DNA from: Octopus sinensis
Lineage: Eukaryota
Direction: 5' to 3'
DNA: 64,000 nt
Assembly (NCBI RefSeq): GCF_006345805.1
Contig: NC_043013.1
Coordinates: 57,164,001-57,228,000 of the forward strand
Part shown: positions 55,409-64,000 of the stretch, in pieces
Layout: each line of letters begins with the position of its first letter
How positions within the stretch are numbered: position 1 is the stretch's first letter
The notes under the pieces: model-generated
The model's database searches: none
What the model saw: only the letters and a program-made list of their open reading frames with translations
What the model was told of the DNA's origin: nothing
Program-made: the position numbers and the translations under genes

Positions 55409-55550
55409 GACGGGCTTCTTTCTGTTTCCGTCTATCAAATCCACTCACAAACTTTGGTGGGCTCGAGGCTTGCCCAAGTCACTTGCCCAAGGTGCCACAC
55501 AGTGGGAGTGAGTCCGGAACCATGTGGTTGGTAAGCAAACTACTTACCAC
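55158..55550 (-). mobile_element. Family B SINE with internal microsatellite
   Basis: Reverse-complement match to 17222-17626, same internal (TA)n/(CA)n position. Confidence 0.8.
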
Positions 55551-55583
55551 ACACACACTCCTGCGCTTCTCTCTCTTTCTCCC

Positions 55584-55625
<42 letters not shown>

Positions 55626-55687
55626 GGGGGGTGTATATGTGTGTATATGCGTATATATATGCGTGTATGTATATATATATATATTAT

Positions 55688-55740
<53 letters not shown>

Positions 55741-56493
55741 TTATATATATATATATATACACATGTGTGTGTATATGTATATATGTATATGTTGATTGAG
55801 GATGACATGGACTGTATATTAACACCGACTTCCAGACTAGCACCAGACGCATATGTGAAAGTAGATAAGTATGTTGACACACACGTACATACAGACTTAT
55901 TGGACTTGGAGCATGTAGCTTAGGACTGCCACTAACTGACCATTCGCCCACTACTATATCGCTCCCCCCAGATAATTAAAAATAATTTTCGACACCCACC
56001 ACGGCATCAAAACTCTAACCCATCATCTCTAACCGCCATGTATTCTTCTGTATCTCTTTATTTTTATCTCACTTTATCTTTATGTTCACCTTTTTATTTT
56101 TTTATTTTTCGCTTTTTATCTCTTATTTTTTCTTTTTATTTTTATTTCTTACTTTTTATTTTTGTTACTTTATTTTAGCTTTTACCCTTTATTTCTTGTA
56201 CCGTTTACACTTTCACAATACATTTCTAGAATTTATGACTCTATACGTGACGTCCTTTGTATCTTTATATACTTATTATTTTTTTCCATCTTTACTTTTA
56301 TTATATTTTATATGTATCCTTTATAATTATGTTTAAATTTATATATATATATTTTTCTTTTTTGTGATACCAACTTCATTAAAGTTTCACCCCCTTCCTC
56401 TCCTTTCCTCTTTCTCTCAACATCCAATTCTTTCCCTTATATGACGTAATCTACTCAGTATTCATTCTTTACCGAGTGAAGAAACGGTAATCG

Positions 56494-56548
56494 ACTTAAT
56501 CCCTTTGTCTGTCCTTGTTTGTCCCCTCTATGTTTAGCCCCTTGTGGG
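56494..56548 (+). mobile_element. Family A SINE 3' tail fragment
   Basis: TTAATCCCTTTGTCTGTCCTTGTTTGTCCCCTCTATGTTTAGCCCCTTGTGGG is the reverse complement of the family A tail. Confidence 0.75.
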
Positions 56549-56834
56549 TAGTAAAGAAATAGGTATGGACGATTTGTTTTGGAGTCTCGCAATACCATGT
56601 ACGCCTATGAGGATTTATTTTCCCAATGAAACTCGGTTTTTTCTCAAACTCTTTCTGAAACCTGTTATAATGTGATACATGCCTTTGGTGTGGTAATTGT
56701 ATGCGGCTGAAGAAGGCTTTTGATCTATCTGTTATATCAATTATGCATTGATATAAGAATAAGTTGTTCAATAAAGCCCGAAACATATGTACCGCAAAAT
56801 ACTTTGCGTCCTGTTTTTCTTTTGATACATATAT

Positions 56835-56893
<59 letters not shown>

Positions 56894-57039
56894 CATATAT
56901 ATATATGTGTGTGTGTGTATAAAAGCCGCAATTCCCAAGCGAACATTTCCTGGTTGCTTGTACAATGCATCAATAGTTGTTTTCGGTGCTTCCATAATGG
57001 CGAGATGCTAAAGATACACTCTCGACCCTCCCATCCCTT

Positions 57040-57220
57040 GATCCAGCGGAACAACGAAGATCTAACTGTTGGAGTGGTAAACACTGGCACCAGCAATCGG
57101 CCGCTTAAAAGACTGAAGCAACGTGAAATGAAATGCCAACACAACACATTGCCTGGTCCCCGGAATCGAACTCGCGACCTTATGAGAATGAGTCCAACAC
57201 ACTAAGCACTAAACCATTAC
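57040..57220 (-). mobile_element. tRNA-derived SINE (family D-like)
   Basis: Minus strand: TGGTTTAGTGCTTAG A-box-like and GAGTTCGATTCC B-box. Confidence 0.6.
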
Positions 57221-57955
57221 ACACACGCACATCTGCATGTGAGTATACCTATATGCATACACACACATAACCACACATATGCATATTTATTTGTTGTAAT
57301 TCTACTTCTCTATTCATATAGCCTATCTATTTTGGTGTCCTGTCCCACACAATTACGAAAGAAATCCCTGAAGCTTTCGAATAAATCAAATTATAATGAA
57401 TGAAAAGAAAAAAAAATCAGAACTTCAAGCAAGAACCGCAGTCCTTATTTTGAATCCGATTTTACATTTTATTTTTAAACTTGCTGCCGCCATCCATTAA
57501 TAAACATTCGCAAATGAAATCGACAATCTTGGCGAACGCAGCTACTTGCAGGTTTTCCAAGATAATGACAAATTTGGTAAACCCCCCACCCCGAAAAAAA
57601 AGAAGCTTTAGTACCTAGACTTTCTTCTTATAAATACGTGCGGCACCTGATCATAGATTAGCACACTGCTTCCTACCCAAGGATTTCAAATTGTGTAAAA
57701 TAGTTGCTCACTTGGCTTCCACTAAATAAGAGAACCATTTATAACGATCGCAAAAGAAATACGCATATCTTCAAAACTTAAAAATCAACAAAAGTATTTC
57801 ATTTATTTATTTATTGCCAGTTTTTTAAATTTCTGTAGAGAAAAATTTTAATAAATTAAAAATATTTCTTGTACGGTATACAACGCAGTCACCTTAACGT
57901 ATATGCTCTGATGTATGTATGTGTGTGTGTGTATACACACACATACATAGTTCTT

Positions 57956-58035
<80 letters not shown>

Positions 58036-58804
58036 CACATGTGTGTGTGTACATATGTATATGTATATACGCACAAAGGCATATATGCATATATATTCTT
58101 TGCTTACTATTCTACTTATTATCATTATTATTATTATTGAGTGAGAGTGCAGTGTATGCCATCAGAGCCCAATATACCCATCATGACCACCCGTTTGATA
58201 AGGATACATACTTTACAGCCCTATTTATGTGTGTGCGTCCGGTGTGTGTACATGACTGTATGTTTAAATGTTGTAAATAGCAAACAATTTTCCCTTCAAA
58301 CTATTACGATAGAAACATCACTATGTTCCTTTTTGAGCTTTTTTTTTATTAGGGACATTTCATAAATTTTTATTAATCCTTTATGTTTGGCGTAGAATAA
58401 CAACTTTCATAAATCCATTAGTTTGATGGATTTAGGACTTTCTCAATTTAATTTCTAAATTAATGTCTTGTAATGGTGTGTGAGCAGTCAGTCCGTCCGC
58501 TCCATGTTAGGTCGTAAACCGTCACTAGAATAATTTTATAACTGATAAAATCACCAGCACCAAATCTAAAATTATAAAATGACAAATCTGGATAGATTAC
58601 GTGATATTATGATATATTTTTATGAATTGTATAACTGTGTCGTGAAATAAAATTTGCATTTTGCCGTTAGTAAAGCTTTCGTAGTTATTCTCGTTTAATT
58701 CTACATAAAAATTTACTGTTATTCTATCGTGTTTTCTATCCAATTTCATTCTGTGTACTGTATTAAAAACCTCACTAATGTTTTCCAGAACATATCGAAA
58801 GAAA

Positions 58805-59725
58805 GTGATGCTTCACCGGACAACAAAGACAACTCCATAACACAGCTGTACAAACAAAAAATCTACAAGTACTGTTAGGACAACCATCCTTGCTTATCAT
58901 ATTTTCCCATTGTTTGGAAAATACTCGCCAGAGTCATGCTCAACATGATCGTTCTTTCCTTAGTGGACACTGTGTACCCTGAATCAGAATGTGATTTCTG
59001 AGATGAGCCAGGAACAGTTGATGATATTTGCTTCTCGTGAGGTCCAGAAGAAGGCTGGAGAGCAGATCCAGGACCTGCATATATTATTGCTGATTTAACA
59101 AAAACCTTTGATACGGTAAAATGTGATGCCCTCTGGAAAGTTCTGCACAAATTTGAGGATCCTCAGATGTTCAATGTAATACGATCATTCTACATGTATC
59201 AGCTTCTGGTACTTTCACTTTCCAAGCAGGGTTGTGTAATGACCCCCGTCTTGTTTGCAATCTACATCTCAGCTATGGTGTAAGTGGAATTCAGAGATGT
59301 TGTCGGAGATTATCCAATTTAAGACAAATTGCAAGATTTGTAATCCACAGCGCTTTGGACCCAGAACCAAAGTCAGGGAACAACTTCCAAAAGAATGTCT
59401 ATTAGCGGACGACTATGCTTTCCCAGAACTCTCTTGGCAGCAGATCCAAGAATTAGTTGACTGTTTTGCTTCTGCTGTGAGATCCTTTGATTTAACAATC
59501 TGCTTGGAGACATGGGAATTGGTCAGAGCCTAGCAGAGGAGCCCTTGCTAATAAGTCATTCCCTGCTTTGAGAAAGCCAGAATCAACACCCTGAAAGAGA
59601 AAAGAGCCCGATGTAGAGTCAGGGGCAGTCTATCCCCACATTACGATGACCACCAAAGCAATGCATGCCACAGGATCTACAAATCCCTAATATGTCTATG
59701 TCTGTATTCCCACAAGAGACAACAG
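58805..59725 (+). mobile_element. Decayed RTE-clade LINE (RT and C-terminus)
   Basis: GKILARVMLN...PESECDF...DLTKTFDTV..ALWKVLHKF...KQGCVMTPVLFAIY...RFGPRTKVRE...LADDYA...FEKARINTLKEKRARC, across several stops and frameshifts. Confidence 0.85.
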
Positions 59726-61002
59726 GGGAAAACATTGAAATGGAAACACTATGCAAAAGGTCCAGTCAGCGAAGCAATGAGAGGCTCCAACCGAATTATA
59801 TACAATGTATTTGTTTCATAGCGTAAATGCATGGTCAACTTCAAAGGAAGTGTGTGTGTGTGTGTGTGTACTTTGTAATGTTCCGAACCAACGACAACAT
59901 TCCATTGGGATGAGAACAGTCATTATGATGCGACTCTCATCATACAATATGATGTGAAAATTCCTATACATTCAGACAAACAATAAAAATGCGTTGTACT
60001 AAAACAATTATATTTAATTAGCAGATAGCCATTAACTGTGATAATTAACTATAAAACTAATTTTACTCTGATAATTTATTGGGAAATTAAAATAATGATT
60101 TTGCAATTTGGATGTCTTTCAAAATTATCTTAACGATATAATGGAAGCATTTGCTTTTCGAATCGTTGTGCTGCAGAGAGTCTGGCGGGAAGTATTAGCA
60201 GCTGTTGGTGCTGCTCTTCCTATATAACTCAAGGATTTCTTGCGTTGACCATCAAGTCGTTCTCCAGGATTTCTCTTCAAGACTGCATTACGTAAGACGT
60301 GAACCAAGTGAAGTTCGGTTGGTGGTTGCAATAGATTGAGCGACAAGGTGGAGGCTCAGTCGTTGGCTTCTATATGTAGGAATTTTCTGATAATATTGGT
60401 CGTAACGGACGGAATGTCTTCTAATAGCGTGTCTGCTGACCTATGATCAAAGAACATTAACAATACGCTTCAGCATCGTTATTTCTTGATATTCTAGAAG
60501 CAACCGGTAAATCGCACTTTATTGGCCTAAAACTAAGTGTTACAAATAACTCTCGATATATTTGGAGAATGGAAAAACCTAGTCAGGAAAACGAGTGAAT
60601 TCTTCATAAAATATCAACAACGTCAAACAATATCACATGTAACCAGAAAATAACGGATAGCATATTAAATCACCACAACTAAAATACTTTCCGTTAACAG
60701 GAATCTGCAAGCATAAAAGTCACAGAACATACGTCAGCTAACAAATGCAATACAAAAATATCATTAAAAAAAGTTGTACAGTTTGTGACACGCACAGTTA
60801 CATTGGACATAAAAGTACGTAACATTCTGTTGATTAAAAATGTGTTTAAAATAAATCCTTGCAGACCCCTATAAGATAGCACACGAAATATATTAGATAG
60901 GAAAAAACGTAAGTAGATACCGCAATCGTATATAATTATGTAAAAAAACATTTGAAGATCAACTAAGTAAGACTTATGTAAAACAGGAATAAGTACAAGG
61001 CT

Positions 61003-61100
61003 TAGCAAAATTAGGGGGTCATTTGACTAAAACTTCTTCAAGGCGATGCCCCAGCATAGCCTCAGTCTAATGAATAAAATAAGTAAACGATAAAAGTTAA
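61003..61100 (+). mobile_element. Family B SINE tail fragment
   Basis: GGGGTCATTTGACT..AAGGCGATGCCCCAGCAT..AAGTAAACGATAAAAG. Confidence 0.55.
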
Positions 61101-62394
61101 AAAATAAATTCAAAAAATGTCTAGCATTAGTTTAAATTTCAAATAGACGGATTCTAAAACCAAATTATATTACGTTTTTTTTTTTATTTCTTTCCTACCT
61201 AAAAGTCATTCTTTATGCAGTTGAGATGTCATCCTTAAAACCTTTCTTTCAGACACTTCGTTATAAGTGACTACATTCTAAAAGTAGGATATACCAATTT
61301 ATAGATTTGGTAGCTTATGTTAATATCGTCACTAAAGTACTTAAAATATTAGGCCGGTGGTTAGAAGCAAAATTTACGTACAGTAATTTTTCATTCGGTT
61401 TTCCTAAATGGTAATATTGAATTCTAAATCAAAGTAATTAACGAAGACATTTTTATCTGAAACTGTGTGGAAATTCACAACACTTATAAGAATAAACCCC
61501 CAAACTCGATATTTTTGCTCTGCAAATTAATAATTTCATGACGCAATTAATGAATACATTTCACAGTATCAGGAATTTCCGCAGAGTTTAGGCAACCGAC
61601 TTCCATAGAAAAGGAATTAACATCACCATTGTTATTGACCATTACAGCATTAGTGAAAGAAAGTAAACGTTAATGCTTGTAAGATCGTTATGGACCAGAA
61701 TCACGGATTGAAATATAATTGATGGCGAAAATTAATGGGTTTTTTTGAGTAAAGGTTTTGTTAACCAAACAAAAAAAAAATTCAATGATATCAAAGTAGA
61801 CAAATTCTTAGATGACTTTTACTACTTTTTACTAATGGTATTGAACTTACTCGTAACAAAATGGGTGATCATTCATAATGGGAAATCCATTGTTTAATTA
61901 ATGTTCATGTACACACACACACCAACACACTCCCTTATATATCCATATATATGAATATATCTGTGTGTATATGTATATATATATATGTGTGTGTGTGTGT
62001 ACATATATATGTATGTATAAGTCTATCTATCCATCTATCTATCTATCCACTTATCCATCTATCTATCCATCCACCTATCTATATGTATATGTGTGTGTGT
62101 ATATATATATAGATATATATAGATCCTATATCGTATGTGTGAAAGATAAGAAAAACTGAGTGTGTGCGTGCGTGTGTGTGTGTGTGCGTGCGTGCGTGTG
62201 TGTGTGTGTGTGCGTGAGTGTGTAGATAGAGGTGCGTGTGTGTCTATTTTTTCTGTACGTAGCTGACATTTATTTCTCCTTCTCCATTAGCATATGATCC
62301 TCCGTTTTGCTAGTTTTTCCTGTTCCTACTTTTCATTGAAACCTTTGTTGCTTCTACTCGCTTGCTCTTTTCTCTCGCTACGTATATTACTCAG

Positions 62395-62561
62395 GCCCAG
62401 CAAGGACAAAACATGAGGATTTTGGACACATTTTCGTCCCTCAAATTCACAAACATACTTAAGCATTCAACCTTTCGATCTGGTACACACTGTACCATCA
62501 CTGAACAAAAATACACCTTACTAAGGAACTGTAAAGAAAATAAAGACATTCTCTGTCGTGG
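62395..62561 (+). CDS. Weak candidate exon with partial TNFR-like cysteine spacing
   Basis: Pyrimidine-rich upstream sequence, CAG|G acceptor and GG|GTGAGC donor. Reads AQQGQNMRILDTFSS...THCTITEQKYTLLRNCKENKDILCR. Confidence 0.25.
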
Positions 62562-62970
62562 GTGAGCCAAACCAAACAGGACAGTGACAATGCTCAGAGA
62601 GTTTAACAAGAGGAACAATATTGCATACTACTGGAGGATATACATCGTTAGCTGCCATTCAAATATCATCGCAGTTTCATCGCATTACAGCAATGGTACC
62701 AGATGCGATTAGAAAATATATTCCAATTTAAATTTTGGGGATCATTTGAGGGATACAGTTCCATTTAATGTTGAAGTAACACGATCAGTATTTACATACA
62801 CACACGAGTGTGTGTGTATGTGTATGTGGTTTCTGTCCTAATATTATTTTGCTACAAGTCTAAATACATTTCATGCCTATTAATACCTTATAAACTACAT
62901 TTATTTCACACAGAAATATTAATTTTACGCATATTTACACGGCCAAATCTATTTGTATGTATATGTGTAC

Positions 62971-63019
<49 letters not shown>

Positions 63020-64000
63020 CGCGTATGTGTGTGCACGTGTGTACGTGTGTGTAAATATAGTTATAGATATATATGCATATACATTTATATGTACGCTTGT
63101 ATATACGAATGCATATATATTCACAGCCATACATGCGCAGACGTACAAACACGAATATTTATGCACAAACACATGAATATGTATGGCAGACAGATCACAA
63201 ACCTACGTGCTAATGTAAATGAGACGATATTTGCAAACAGGTTAGCTAGGAAACAGTTTCATATTTTATTTATTTTTTAAATAAAATAAAACCAATGAAG
63301 CGCTTAATGTTTCTTAAATATCACAAATATTTTATAGAACCCCACACCTTTGAAATAAAACTTCTTTTCTCTTAATTTAAACCAATTTATGTATAGAAAT
63401 ATAATTCAATTCATACAAATATATTGGCTTATTTGTTAAATCTTTTTACTTTTTTGATACGAAAAACTAGTTTTTTTTAAAAAAAAAGATTGAGAAACAA
63501 AAGATAACATGAAAATAATATTTTTGTATCAATTTTCATGTGAAGTTGAACAAACTGAAGTAAAATGTTTAGTCAAAAGATTATTCAATTTCAATTTTGT
63601 TATATTTTATGGCTTTAAAATGGGAAAATTAACAAATTATCTGCTATGAATAATAAATGGATTGGTTATCACTGCATTAGGTTAAATGAAGAATCGGCTC
63701 TTTAAACAGGTTAATCACATTTGAATAATTTAAGGCTCTCCTTAAAGTTTTTAAATCAGGAATATTGGAAAAAATTATCGCTGCTTAAAATTCTTTGAAA
63801 ATATAAACAAACAAAAGAATATTGCAAAAAACTGCCATAATAAGGAAATCTTAACTCTTGGTTAACCCAATGTTAAACTTGCTGTAAGGATTTCGGTTTA
63901 TTGAAATTAGGAAATCAATGATGAAATATTAAAACTTCCATAATGAATAACTGGTCTAGAAGAAGATGTAAAGATTGAAATTAGTTTCGGTACTGGATTA

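Noticed and set aside
60177-60291. Possible exon ESLAGSISSCWCCSSYITQGFLAL
   Set aside because: Splice signals are only moderate and the peptide is unrecognisable.

Overview
AT-rich, microsatellite-dense animal genomic DNA. The repeat families resemble those I recall from coleoid cephalopods, probably Octopus (inference, not a database result). No complete host gene is visible; at most a few isolated candidate exons (best: 53750-53866, +). The dominant structure is a ~14.4 kb cluster (28.5-42.9 kb) of six R4/Dong-type non-LTR retrotransposon copies (RT + CCHC + restriction-like endonuclease) from four distinct families. Each ends in a (TAA)n tract, and they form two divergent head-to-tail arrays. 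One copy (40057-42837) keeps an 854-codon open frame. The rest is tRNA-derived SINEs, RTE LINE relics, a Penelope-like GIY-YIG fragment, hammerhead-like motifs, a probable non-autonomous Helitron with a partial tandem duplicate, and simple repeats. Most ORFs in the supplied track are microsatellite or antisense artefacts. Coordinates, identities and family names were worked out by eye.
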